Shown: positions 26,001-38,476, numbered from the stretch's first letter. The stretch is DNA of 64,000 nucleotides from Selaginella moellendorffii (GCF_000143415.4 NW_003314297.1:800723-864722), one strand, 5' to 3'. Notes: a model not told the origin generated them from the letters alone. Numbers and translations: made by a program.

Positions 26001-27170
26001 GATTACTGGAGTATAAGCCACCCCATATGAGACACTCTGGGAGGTCCACTGCCAGCTCGTCAAGTTCCGTCACCTTCACAGATGGCTCTCTTTTCCGCCC
26101 ATATAAGTGTACATGCCAAGTCTTTGGGATTGCAATCCACTTGGTGACAAGAACTGTGGTGAACAGCCGGGGAACCAAGGGTGTCGTAGACGACATCCCA
26201 CCAATGACTTTGGATCGACTGCCACGACGTCCACGACAACAAGATAAGGACTGCCGATTGTTATTGGCATAGGTGTGCACTGCAGCCACAAGCAGTGAGA
26301 GAGTCTGGCACAGTGAAACAAAAATGAGTTAAACAAATCCAAAGAAGAAAAAAATGAAGAGTGCATAGGGTCATGTTATACCTGTGGCTCACATGGCAGC
26401 CCGCCTTGAGGGTCAGCTTGAACATATCTGGATGTCGAAGCTCCACTAGATGATGATGTCGATCCTTGGGAGTAGTTGTGGAATGCTGATGGGGAACTAT
26501 AAGCTCGCTGGTGTGGCGGCATTGTCAACTCACCCTACACAGAAAAACACATGGAAAAAAAAATAGGTACAAATGAAAAACTTACCGAGCTAGACCGCTT
26601 GTTGCTTCGAGAGGTAGATGGCCAGGTACTGGCACTTATACCGGTAGATGGAGTTGCGAGAGTTGTAGCGGTCGGTGGAGTTATGGGGCTGGTAGCAGTG
26701 GCACTATATCGGATTCCGTGAGCACATCCTGTAGTTGGTGTTGGTGGCAGCATTCCAGATTGGACAACACCGTGGGCATGAGGTGTCTGGACTTGCTCAT
26801 TTCGAATGCTTGGGCTGCTACTTTCCAAGGAAGGCGAGGAGAATGAAACATGCTGGAGGTTCCGCATATGTTGCAATGTATGCAATGTTAGGTGGCGCTC
26901 TGCTTGCTCAAATGCAGTCGGGAGCTGTGGATGGGATGCTGTTGGAGTTGATGTCCCTGTTGCGGAGCTTGGAAAATCAAGTGGCTGGCGTGTGTCTCGC
27001 CGGACTGTTGGCTGTACCGATTGCGGAACATCGAGTGCTTGGCTGCGTGCTCGCGAGGTGTTTCCTGTATAGTGTCTACTGCTGTTGAGGCGTGCGGCAT
27101 TCTTGCTTCGAGCCTAGAAACCACAAAGGATTGGTTATGCAAACCTGATCGAGAGAAGCTACCCACCATC
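23040..27170 (-). pseudogene. HECT E3 ubiquitin-ligase-like gene within the transposon (nonsense mutations; 5' end uncertain)
   Basis: EESTIDAGGP (~24205-24235), IFVGWLL, MDLKACVPHIWNAL, LLQDGF, LSKFHHFAVDS, and C-terminal FPRFSTCTREVFFPLTYPSKEW..ALQNPESLYGLG*. These follow HECT motif order including the catalytic Cys. Several in-frame TGA/TAG. Confidence 0.72.
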
Positions 27171-27435
27171 ACAGCTGTGGCGCTCTCGCTTGGGCAGTGG
27201 TCTTGCGATCGGGGGAGTGTGCACTAGAAGCCTTGCCTCCGGTTAGATGACACGAATCGATTGGAAGAACGAACGAACCATCGACAAAATCATGTCATAA
27301 AATGAAATCGCCCCGTATCCAAGGCACAATTAATATGGGTGGGACTTGGTGAAAACCCTAATCCCAAACGTGGGAACCCTAAAATTGAACAAATCAGAAA
27401 TTGAATTTAAATTTGAAATGTACACTAAAGAACAC

Positions 27436-29220
27436 TCAATTTTCTCCGAGTATGGCCAAGTATAATTTTTCCAAAGCTCGTCGCTTCACTGGTGTTGCTG
27501 TAGGCAAGGCACTCTCAATGTAAAGTGGTAGATCTACACCCGCAACATCAGCCATTGCACACGCCATTGTTAAATCCAAATGAAGTAGATATTGCTTGTC
27601 TAAGTTGAGTCCCTCCTGATGCATCAAAAATGCCTGGTTTCGAATAGTGCCAAGAGCCTGTAAGGTAGCCAAACACAACAAAATAGATTTAAAGGAATTG
27701 TTGTATTCTTGCTCTAAAGATTACCTCTGACAAAGTTGCACCTTCGACATTAGAGAGAAATGGTCCGGGAAGGTCTTCAATATCTTTTCCACCAACAGCC
27801 GACATAATCCTACAAAAGCACATTTTATTAAGAATTCTGTAACATTACCAAAATTGTTACCTAAGCTCTCGTTCCATCGGTTGAAATAAGTTTGCAGGAA
27901 CATGAGATGGTCTGAAGTAATCACCACATCGATACGGATGGACCTCATGGAGGTTCCAGGTTGCAACCCAGTGTGAAATATCCTTCTTGAGGTACAGAGC
28001 AAAGACACAACATAAACTCTGGTTGTGCCATGGATTAGATACATCGAGAATTTTTATATCTTCCATGGACTCAAAAAGGTGCTTATAAAACCACACCACG
28101 CACTCAAAGAGCTCTCTCCACAAATGCTCTATGCGCTATAAAATAAATTTGATTTAGTCCTATGAGTCCTTATTTGGAAAAACTCTAACATTGTGAGTAC
28201 CTGGTTACGTGTTGATGTCCCACGTATGAAGCTCCTAGCTGCAAGACCCCAACAGTGGATCATGTCCCTCTCAACCTCATTGTGCTCTGGAGCATTGTCG
28301 CTCCGGAGCATTGTCGCTCCGGATGTGCTTGGGCCTTCCAAATCGACGAATAGCCTGCGCATATGTGTTAAATATTGTATGGGATTCTTTGGAGGTAGCT
28401 AGCTTGCAAGCTACAATATAATGAGTTGCCCCGCAAATAATGGCATGTACATAGAAACCATAGCTTACAAGCTTGCAATATGCTACAATAAACACGTTAC
28501 CATATGTGCTGACAAAAAAACAGAAATGAAAGAATACTCACAATCCATATGGCAAAGTGCATAAGCCTCCTCATTCCTGTAAATCTGTCGTCGAATCCTT
28601 GTCATGTGCCTCTGTTCTAGCCTACTTGGATCGTGAGTGGCTAAGGCCTCACGAATTTGGCATCGGCTAAATCAATATCCTCCAGTTCGACAACTAGATC
28701 GGGAATTGATAATCCCCTAGTTTGTGCTACCTCGATTCATAGCATTATTAGTTCAAACGTGATGAAGTACCTTTTCAAGTGGTACTCTATAATATACACC
28801 TCTCCAATTTAGATCGACAAGCCGCATATATTTGTATAATGTTGGCTTGGAAATTCTAAGATAGCATGCAAGGTAAGCAGTAGTCTTAGTCTCGAAGATC
28901 TTCAGGTGCATCCAAGTGCCAAATGCAGCTGGACTACCGAATCCCCTCAATTGCAAAAAATTATAGAAGGCCTAGAAACATGCAAATCATGAATCTAGGA
29001 GGTTGGAAACTAAGCAAACCTCTGGGAGAGCATTGTTGTCACCATCTATACTGGAACCACAGTCCGAATCACTAAAATTGGATGGAAGGCCATCCACCTC
29101 ATTTTCCTCCACGTCTTCTAGTAAACCTGGAAGAAAAAGTTTCAGTGACATAAATTTGAAGTAAACTAGAGAGGGAACTATACTCATGGTAGGAACTTGA
29201 AAGTCCATAGAGAACAATCG
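27436..29220 (-). pseudogene. IS3EU-type DDE transposase with spliceosomal introns (frameshifted; boundaries approximate)
   Basis: HTH LACYLRISKPTLYKYMR; CHMD|SYCKLVSYGFYVHAIICG; FGRPKHIRSDNAPE; GTSTRNQ|RIEHLWREL; WNLH. A 16-bp tandem duplication at 28289-28320 frameshifts it. Confidence 0.82.
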
Positions 29221-29849
29221 AGTAGTAAATCAAAGCCACTTCCAACACTGCCCACAAAAACATTTCAAACCACTCATTAGCAAACCAAGTTACCTTCCAC
29301 ATCTGCTACCAAGAAACATGCTGAATAATAGAGCACTAAAGCAAGGCACTAAAGCAAGGAAGCATCTCCTAAACCCTATGACCTGATGAATCCCCATGTC
29401 ATGGGGTTAAACTTGATGATATGTGGCATCTATGTGTAACACATTGTTCATATTATGGGGACATCATTGACCCATCGGCTAGCATCCATGGGGTATCCAT
29501 GAGGCATCCAAATGACATTTAATGCCAAACCAATAGAAAACTGCCACATGGACACTGTATTGTGAATGAAATCTACCACAGTAACACTCACCCTTTTACG
29601 AATTGCACGCCATAACAAACATACTTGCGATGTAATGTATCCCTATGTAAACAAACAAAACAACATGCAAAACATTTTTCATATAATGCAAGTGCTCAAA
29701 GAACTTCTTGTCTTCAAACTCCACATAAGCCAAAATTTTCTCCTTGCAATCAAGTAAAACAGGTTTCGCACGTGCAACGTAGTCTTCGAATAAATTACAG
29801 CCAGGGGACTCTGTTCCTCGTCTCCATTGATCTCAGGAACTCAGTCCGA

Positions 29850-31103
29850 ATGGGCAAGGCGATTTGCGTGACTGGAGCTGGTGGTTTCATTGCTTCGTGG
29901 ATTGTTCGTGACCTTCTTAACAAGGGCTTTTCAGTTCATGGCACTGTCCGCAATCCAGGTTCTGGTTTGTTATCTTTGTCCCAGATCTAGTGATGGTGGC
30001 TTTCAGATGACAACGCCAAGTGTGGACATCTTAAGCAACTGGATGGAAGCGAGAGACTAAAACTACATAAGGCTGATGTGCTCGACTATGACTCAATCGC
30101 TGACGCGATTCGGGACTGTGAAGTTGTGTTCCATACTGCTTGCCCTGTAACCGCATCGACTGAGAATCCAGAGGTAGTCTCCTATTTCATTTCTTTTCTC
30201 TGGATAAGGCTGACTGTGTTTTTGAGTCCCAGGATGTTTTGGTGCCAGCAATCACCGGCACTCGCAACGTGTTGAAGGCCTGCGCACAGGAGAGGATCAA
30301 ACGGGTCATTGTCACGTCGTCCGCGGCTGCGGTGATGTTCGATCCAAATCGGCCGGCGGAAAGAATTGTCGACGAGAGCTGCTGGTCTGATACCGACTAC
30401 TGTAAAAAGCTCAAGGTAAACTTATCCTCACCCTCGACGAAGTTACTGTGTTGTACTCACTGAGACTCTTGTTTCAAGCAATGGTATCTTTTAGCCAAGA
30501 CGGAGTCTGAGAAGCTCGCGTGGAGTCTCTCCAAGGAGTACGGCCTTGACCTCATCACGATCTGCCCCTCGTACGTGTTTGGCCCGATGCTCCAGCCAAC
30601 GCTGAATCTCAGCAGTGCGCTCTTGAAGGCTCTCGTGGATGGTTTGTGCTTTAAAAATGCTTCAGAAGCCTGATCGATGTGTCTTGTTTTCCCAGGTCAT
30701 GAAAGCAGCTACCGCGATTCCTCCATTCCGGTTGTGGACGTGAGGGACGTCTCGAAAGCTCACATTCTGGCCATGGACAAGGAGGAGGCCTCGGGGCGCT
30801 ATCTCTGCGTGGAAACGGTTGTGTCCAACAGCGAGATTATCAAGATTCTCAGGGCCAAGTTCCCGCAGCTTCCATATCCAAAAGAGTAAGCGTCTCTAGT
30901 TCGTTTCTGCCGATATCTATAAAGCTAGAAACTCTAGGTGCGTTGCTGAGACGAGCGTTTGGAACCAATCGGGAATCCGTCCCGACAATCTGGGAAGAGA
31001 GAAGCTCTTGGGGCTAATTACTGAATTTGACATACCATTGGAACGGATGCTGTTTGACACTGTTTCCGACATGCTAAACAAGGGACTGTTAAGAGCCATC
31101 TGA
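29850..31103 (+). CDS. CCR/DFR/TKPR-like NADPH-dependent reductase, copy 1 (apparently intact)
   Basis: 6 exons; [35 protein letters not shown] (YxxxK), [18 protein letters not shown]. Confidence 0.9.
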
Positions 31104-31328
31104 TTTACCGGAGAGATTAGAAACATCGGGTCTACCATCTCCCATATAAGAACTTCAATTTGTGTCCTGGAAAATGAAACAAGTTCCTATTTGTGCTATT
31201 CTCTCTGTACAGATTACTGGCTCCAAGTCTTTAGGTGTGAAAGAACTTGCTTGAAGAGACTGAGATCTACACTCCCAAATAAATAACTCAGCAAAACCAA
31301 GAACAAAAACTCCAAGAACACAAGAATA

Positions 31329-32389
31329 TCATGCTTCATCAAAGTCGCATAGTCTCAAAGCCTTCAACCGAAGCTTAAATCGTCCGGGTGCCGCACAAGC
31401 TAGCTCGATGTTGCTGTGTTTCTCCAGTCCATAATTCACGACATCACTCGAGACATGTTTGGTTGCCTGGTCAGAAAGTTCTCGAGGAAGACTGAGGCTA
31501 AAACCACCAAAAATCTCGACGACTGTCACCTGTGGTTTTGATCTTGATGCAAACTCTTCTCTCCACGCCACCAATCTTCCGCTGCTTACAATCCTCCTCA
31601 CTTGCTCCTCATCGAAGCCAAAGTGGCGGTACCACGAAAGCACCAGCGCTTGGGACGCAGGATTGAGCACTGCCAGCGGCGGCGACCACGGCAAAAATCC
31701 TTGCTTCTCCGTGTCTAGCGGCTCGATCTCTGGATTGAAGCGTCTCATCGCCGCCAGACCCAAGCTATAGATGCTCTCACTGTTGGTTTGCCTGTGCCGG
31801 TACGTGCTCGACTCCAAATCCCACTGCAAGACCGTGAGAGCCTCCACCAGGCTCACATCTCGCTCCTTGGAGGCCTCGATGCACCACAAGATCATCCCCA
31901 GCACACGGACAAGGCTGTTGTCTCTTCGCACCTGGAAGATCCCACACGGATACGCAGTTCCAGCCCCTGTGAACTGGAACTCTCCCTGTAAACTGGCAAG
32001 AAGTTCCTCTCCTCTCCTGGAGCGCACACCGAGCAAGCCATGTCGTCCACCATGATGGTTTGCTCCATGTCCACCTCGATCGCCGTGGGAGATCCCACTG
32101 TGAATCCGTCCACCCGGTAGAGATGGTTCTGCGAGAAGACACTGCAATCCTTGAGGCCTCCTGCTGTGCATGCTGGGAAAATGTCGGCCAGGAGGCTTGC
32201 AACGAGCAGCGGGTTTCGCGATTCCGGGCCGAAGCTGAAGAAGCTGACGCTCATACCTGGGATTTGGCTGAGCGCGAGTAGAAACTCGCGGCATCCATGC
32301 AGCGGCGCGTAGGAATCGCCACCGGCAGAGTGTTTGCCGCCGCGATCGAGGCGAACAAGCGTCCGGTCGAGGTCCAAGAGCACCTGCAT
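31329..32389 (-). pseudogene. Intronless FCP1/NIF-like HAD phosphatase, copy 1 (frameshifted)
   Basis: MQVLLDLDRTLV. In-frame deletion near 32095 and a 1-nt deletion at ~31986 relative to the intact copy at 55585-56664. Confidence 0.78.
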
Positions 32390-33224
32390 GCTCAAGAACC
32401 CTAGAATTTTTATTATTTTAGGATGTTAGACGGCGAGGGTATTGGATGAGAAGCAAAGAGCTTTGGGCAAGCCTATGCCCAACATAAGAGAGAGACGAAA
32501 GGAGAAATGTCAAAAGAAGCTTCTCATCGCTCACCAGACTTCTGGAGAAAAGACCCCTCGTTCCTTTTCATCCAAATCCATTCTCACTCTTCCGCTGGCT
32601 GGGGAGTTACACATCGAGCAATATTCTTCAAAATACTCACTCATTATTTTTTTCTTGCCTTTGTCCTTTGAAAAGACCTTTTGAACTGTAGCCTCTCCAA
32701 TCACCAATCTGCTAGTTTATATTGATCTCAACATGGAATAGATTTAGAGATTCTCATCCTGTAAACATTTTTTCACTGTAGCTAAATAGAAGTTAGATCT
32801 AAGTAGGGCAAATCATAGTAAAGCTTGAGAAATAGAGTGTTAAGGGTACATGTTTTAGGGTTTGGAACAGTTCCCTCAATTGTGAAAAGACAGAAGACTA
32901 TGTATTGTCTATGTTCTTCTAATGCCAACTTTAGTTACAACCCATTTAGTTGCCATGTAAATGATATCAACAATTTAAAATTTGAAGTTTAAAGGAACAA
33001 AATAATTGTCTAATGTTGCTGTTTATGAATTAAGTTGAGTGTGGTCTGAATGTTTTTTATTTTCTAGAGAAAGGAAAATCAAATTATTGAGGCAAAGAGA
33101 AATGCAAGTGAATGAAAACTAAAGCCTTATTTCAAATCCTAATTAACACCTAATATATGAAGAATTTGGTGAACAAAAATTTAATGAAGAATTGAATTTA
33201 AATTAGTGAATAAAAAATTAGATA

Positions 33225-33250
33225 TCGTAGCCGTACACTTGGCCCTCACA
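33225..33250 (-). mobile_element. ~25-bp Gypsy LTR-end remnant flanked by ATAT duplication
   Basis: CGTAGCCGTACACTTGGCCCTCACA equals the LTR end at 49537-49561. Also present at ~49598-49622; absent from unit 3 (57781). Confidence 0.65.
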
Positions 33251-34865
33251 ATATGTGTTTAGAGTTTCTCATAAATTCTCTTATAGTATTTTGAAGTTTT
33301 TCCAAGATTAAAACACTTTTTTCATTTTAAAATAATAATCACTATTTTCTATTTTACTTTTGCCTTTGGTTTTCTTCAAGATAATTTTTTTGTCTTCATC
33401 CAATTAGTCAGCTTTTTTGTCTCTATTCTCCATTAAGTCAACTATAATTCTAATAAATCCATTATAATATGCTTTCTGACATTTAGTTTTTGAAAAAGTA
33501 CTTATTCATTTTTTTAATCTTATCTTACCTCAATGTTACAATTAAAAAAATTAGAAATAGAGATACACACATATATTTTTTATTTCCACTTATCTTAGCT
33601 CAATGTTACAATAAAAAATTAGAAATAGAGATACACACATATATTTATTTCTTCCAGCAATTTAATTTTTTTCTAAGCTATTATCAAAATTAGGGAAAAT
33701 TTTGACAACAAATAAATTCACTTGTACTTGGGGAGTATTTTTGAAAAATCCCCTAATATCTTAATTTGAATATATTAAATTTTTTATCCACTTTTGATTT
33801 TTTTTTATCTTTACTACTTATACTATTTTCTTAGCAAGTGGGATTACTGCTCAATCTAAATTGTGGAAGAGAGAAATAAATCAAAAATAAAGTTTCAAAA
33901 GATAAAAAGCTTTAACAAGAAAGCAAAAAGAAAGAGCCCCAACTACCAATTAAAAGGGTTAAACTAATGGTTAAGAGAGTGAGATAAACTATTAAAAAAC
34001 CTATTGAACTTGGTTGTGACAATGGGATAAATTACAATAAAATTTATCAAGAAAGTAGGTTAAATTTTTGAGAATTTGATTGTGAACTAAATCCTTCATG
34101 AAAGAATGGTATAAAATCTTGGTGCATTAGATGAGGGTAACAAAAAGAAACTTTCACAATAGCTATATTCAATAAAGATTTTTAAACATCAAATAGATTT
34201 AGAGAGGGAGGAATAAATAACAATTTTTTTTCATTTTTAAATTTTTTTTCTCTATTTCTTGGCACTAGTGACTACTTAGTAAATATTGTTTACTTATATA
34301 GCAATTTTTATTATATAACAATTGGTTAAAAAAGACATTAAATTTGAAGGTGTAGGATTGAGCAACTTGAGACATCAAGATGTATGAAACCAAAATAATG
34401 ACATTGAACACTTCTATCCTCCTATCACAAATCTCCAGTACATGGCCTGTTTGTTTTCAGGAACTTGGCCTTAGATGAAGGAGAAAACACATACATCCCC
34501 AATGCAATTCCATTGTATAGAAAGATATACTTCAACAAGCCAATTGTAAATTTCCTAGCTCAAGCACTAGGCCTTCTATTGTTACTACCTTTTCTCAAGT
34601 TAGGTGCCAATTTTCTAATGGAGTGAACTTTGCATTTCCTAGGGTAGGCATATTAAATGAAACAAATGCCCTTCAAGCATGTATCCATCTTCTATAGTTG
34701 GTTTTGATTCTTTTTAACATCAGAAATGATAACAAAAAGGAGAAGGGTTTGGAATAGCTTTTTGAGGAATTCTATGGCTTTGTTTAGCATGATCAAAGTT
34801 ACTCAACAATATCAGCACAAAGTGGGAACACCAATTTAATTTTATATAAATCATTACTTCTGTGG

Positions 34866-35470
34866 TGTAGTGCACCTTATCTCTTTCCCCTTGAGCTATT
34901 TTATCCTCATTTATCCCCCAAGGTTCCAAGCCCTTAGTGGCTATTTTATCCTCATTTATCCCCCAAAATTCCAAGCCCTTAGTAGCTATTTTATCCTCAT
35001 TTATCCCCCAAGGTTCCAAGCCTTTAGTGGCTATCCAAATCTCATGCCAAGGGGAACCAACACCTCCATTTCCGCACTCAATCTACCAATCCTTCCATTG
35101 TGTAGATTAGCTAGTTTCGTCCATGGATACTCCACACAAGAGGAAGGACGTACACATGGATGTCCAATACATACGATTTCAATTAAAGGGTAGGTGTATT
35201 GGATTTCAATTTAGGGGTAGGAATATACCTTTTTCAAGGGTATATTATATTTTTAAATAGCCACTAATCAATGGGAATTGAACCTGTGCCACTTACTCCG
35301 ATACCAACTATAACGCACCTTATCTCTCTCCCCTTAAGCCAACTGGAAAAGGGGCAATTACTTGATGAGAGAGCCCTTAGTGACTATTTTATCCCCATTT
35401 ATCCCCCAAGGTTCCAAGGATCCATGGTAACAGTATATCCAAATCTCATCCCATGATCACATGCGCTACA
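34866..35470 (-). mobile_element. TRIM-like non-autonomous LTR element (605 bp)
   Basis: TGTAG...CTACA ends; 5-bp TSD TGTGG (empty site at ~51234); related LTR-like halves (34866-~35050 with 39-bp tandem repeats; 35309-35470); PBS TGGTATCGGAG next to 35309. Confidence 0.78.
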
Positions 35471-36733
35471 TGTGGAATCATACAAAATTGTTTTAGAATT
35501 TTGTTGTGAAAGTCACAATGATTGTTATGACTTGAATTACTTTTTTTTAATAATATTTTAGTGGATTACAAAAGCCATTAAAAGGTTTATAGAGTGGATT
35601 TCCGCTATGTTATCTATTTCTTCTTTTCTCTTGCTTTAGACTGTTATTTCGGAAGTAACATGAGTATTTTTATTAATAGTGACAGTGATCTCCACATTCC
35701 TGAATGGGTAATAAGGACTAAGCATGTAATATGGAGATTGTGGTAGTGAAACAAAATTAACATTCTCACATTTCTGTATGCTAGGATTACTTATAGATTT
35801 TTTGTCTTCCTTACTTCTTATCTCTGTAAACCCTAAAGGATGAATGAGTGAATCAATGTTTCAAATTATTTATATATTTTTGGTCAATTGTTGAAATGTT
35901 AAAATTTTAAAATGTACAATAGAAATTTTAGGTTCATTAGAACTTCAATATTCCCATTTTATTTGGGACCAATAAAGCCCAAAAATTTCTATGGGTTCAG
36001 ACGAACTTCTAATTCTAGAAACAATATTTTATTGTATAAATTGCATTAGAAGATTCAAAAAATAGAAATTTCTCTGAACCATTGATACTTAAATTCATAA
36101 ATTTCAAGTTCACCAAAGAATAACATTTTTCTAACTTAATATATCCTTATAAAACTTATGGTTGACTATGTTGACTAATATTGACTTAAGTTAAATTGAG
36201 CTCAACTCGTGAGCTCAACTCAACTTTGGACCATTCCTGTAACAATGGAAGGCCTAATGCTTGAGCCAGGAAATCTGCAATTGGTTTATTGAAGTATGTC
36301 TTTCCATACAATGGAACTGCATTAGGGATGTATGTGTTTTCTCCTCCATCTAAAATTGAGTTCCTGAAAACAAACAGGCCTTGTATTGGAGATTTGTGAT
36401 AAGAGGATGGAAGTGTTTAGTGTCATTATTTTGGTTTCATGCATCTTGATGTCTCAAGTTGCTCAATCCTACACCTTCAAACTAACTTCTTGGTTTGTGA
36501 TAGTTGTTGGACGACGTTGACAATGATGGGCATTGCTACACTTGTCTTTTCAAGGGGCTATTTATGCATGATGCACAAACAAATAGTTATCACATCTATT
36601 TCTCAAACCAGACCTTGGATTCACAGAAGAAGAGATCTTAAGGTGATTGTATCACAAGAGTTTGTGTTTCTCTGTATGGAATGGCTAGGTATAGAATTTA
36701 TTTATACTAATAAAGATAAAAATGTTTTTAGAT

Positions 36734-37790
36734 TGTGAGTGCATGGAATATGGAAAAAGAATACAAAAAATGTGCATATTAATTAACCCAAAGACCCTAG
36801 CTTATATACAATAGCAAGTGGTCAAGATTGAAGCCAATTTGATAACTACCAAAATCTCACTATGCTAATATTAATATATGGCATTGTAACTATACACTTG
36901 GACCTCACATCACTCCCTCTTCTCAAAATAATGGAAGATCATCAAAGTTCTCTCATGGATGGGCTAAGATCTGGAGGAACATCAGAAGAAGGTATTGGTA
37001 GAACTGTAAGTGGTGCTAATTATTCCTGATCTCTTTATACAAAGCATTTTAGCTACTGTATATGCATAATTTCTAGAGGATCGACTTGGTAGATGTCATG
37101 TTGAACCTTATAAATTTGTAATCTAACTTGTTGCAACACTTGATATAAACCTTTCCACTAAGCAAAGAGCCTTTTAGATAAACCCCATACCATAATATTG
37201 GGAAAACAAACTAACACCAAATCATTCACTTTGTATTCCGTAAGTGGGAGTTGTAGTGTTGTTGTTATCCCATTTATATACGGCCCAGGTGTTTTGCAAA
37301 CTCTGCTCAAACAAGTTGTCAAATACTATGTAAGCTCCTGAGTTTGGACTTCCCGGGAGGTCACCCAGCCCAGTACTATTCAAACCCAAGGACGCTTAAC
37401 CCCAACTATCCCAAGACCCTTAACCGATGGCCCTTTCCCTCTATATTTGAACCCCTATGGATCATCTCTCAAGTCGTTCCCTTTGGTTGCTTACATACTA
37501 ATCCCACAATTTAGTATCGGTAACCCACAATAATTGCAAAAGTACACCCAACTTTATTGGTAATATTAGATCATAACCACATAAAAGTTTATGGTGAAGC
37601 ACTAATAGAACTCTACACCCTTATAACATATGCATACCAAAGAGATGGAAAATAACTATCCCAATCCAAATGCTGAAAGTTCACATACTTCATATACTTT
37701 TTGAAGATTTAAATGAGCCATTCTACCAAACCATTTGACTGTGAATAATAAACACTTGTGAAAGAACTAAAACGTCAAATCACGTCTTGA
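36734..37790 (-). mobile_element. Old degenerate Gypsy 3' LTR + integrase relic in spacer (also ~52026-52930 and ~60121-61040)
   Basis: TGTGAGTGCATGGAATATGG...CCTCACA followed by a PPT-like TCACTCCCTC, similar to the LTR at 44575. AT-eroded. Confidence 0.7.
37329..37495 (-). mobile_element. Cassandra-like solo LTR containing 5S rRNA internal promoter segment
   Basis: TGTAAGC...GCTTACA termini; 5-bp TSD TACTA (empty site at ~52631); minus strand of 37345-37400 reads GTTAAGCGTCCTTGGGTTTGAATAGTACTGGGCTGGGTGACCTCCCGGGAAGTCC, matching the 5S A-box/IE/C-box region. Confidence 0.85.
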
Positions 37791-38476
37791 TTTTCATGGT
37801 CAAATGGAAGAAATACTAATTGGAGGTGGCCACTTTCAGCTCTTACACGCTCAAAGCCTTGAAGTTACTTTTGTGCATGGGCTGACAGCTTGTCTATATT
37901 ATAATCACTGAACCATAGCAGGAAAAGTGAGAGACACTTACGTACTTTCCTTGACTTGGGCTTCAGAAAAGCTTTCCAGCTTCTTGACATTGCCAAGAGG
38001 ATTGAAGAGCTCATAGACATCTGCAATGTTCTTTCAATGAAAGAGAAGAAAACTTGAAACAGTAGACCAGATGCTGTAGCTTACAGTGAGATTCTCTCGT
38101 CTAGAGCGATACTGCAAGGCAATTATTTGCTCCAGCTTGTCACAAAGCAGCAGAAAATCATCCCGATGCGCTGAAAAGGCAAGGGCTCTTATAAACCAAA
38201 ACGCTATGCAATCTAGTACCCTGACCGATAATAGAAGAACAGAGCTTGGAGATGAGCTCCTTCTTGGGAATCTCGATCACAATCTCCCGCTTGAGGCGGA
38301 TGCTGTGGTCCTCCACTTGCAATTCGATCTCTGCCCTGTCCCTGTGACAAGAAGCACAATCAGGGGCGGGCGAGAAAGATGAAAGAATCAAACATACGCA
38401 GTGTACTTACATTGCTTTGGCAAGAATAGAGGGATGGCGCCCCTGCCCAGCTGCATTTTGTTTGCAGCAGCGCCAT
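37787..38476 (-). pseudogene. Truncated DUF3754 5' fragment (unit 2)
   Basis: Near-identical to 19368-20087 and breaks off mid-gene; internal deletions. Confidence 0.85.

Larger units (their letters stand above)
21086..29614 (-). mobile_element. IS3EU-like DNA transposon (8.5 kb, TIRs) carrying a DDE transposase and a HECT-domain gene
   Basis: Perfect 26-bp TIR TATGGCGTGCAATTCGTAAAAGGGTG (21086-21111 / 29589-29614), extending imperfectly to ~75 bp. Absent from the paralogous promoter copies. Contains two minus-strand spliced genes. Confidence 0.85.

Noticed and set aside
15645-31103. ALDH3 + reductase as a defined biosynthetic gene cluster
   Set aside because: ALDH3 is single-copy, outside the repeated unit, and no scaffold-forming enzyme (PKS/TPS/CYP) is present in the window.
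34890-35035. CRISPR-like array
   Set aside because: 39-bp units are contiguous with no unique spacers, there are no cas genes, and the context is eukaryotic.
37345-37400. Functional 5S rRNA gene
   Set aside because: Only the internal ~56 nt match, both 5S ends are missing, and it sits inside an LTR with a TSD.
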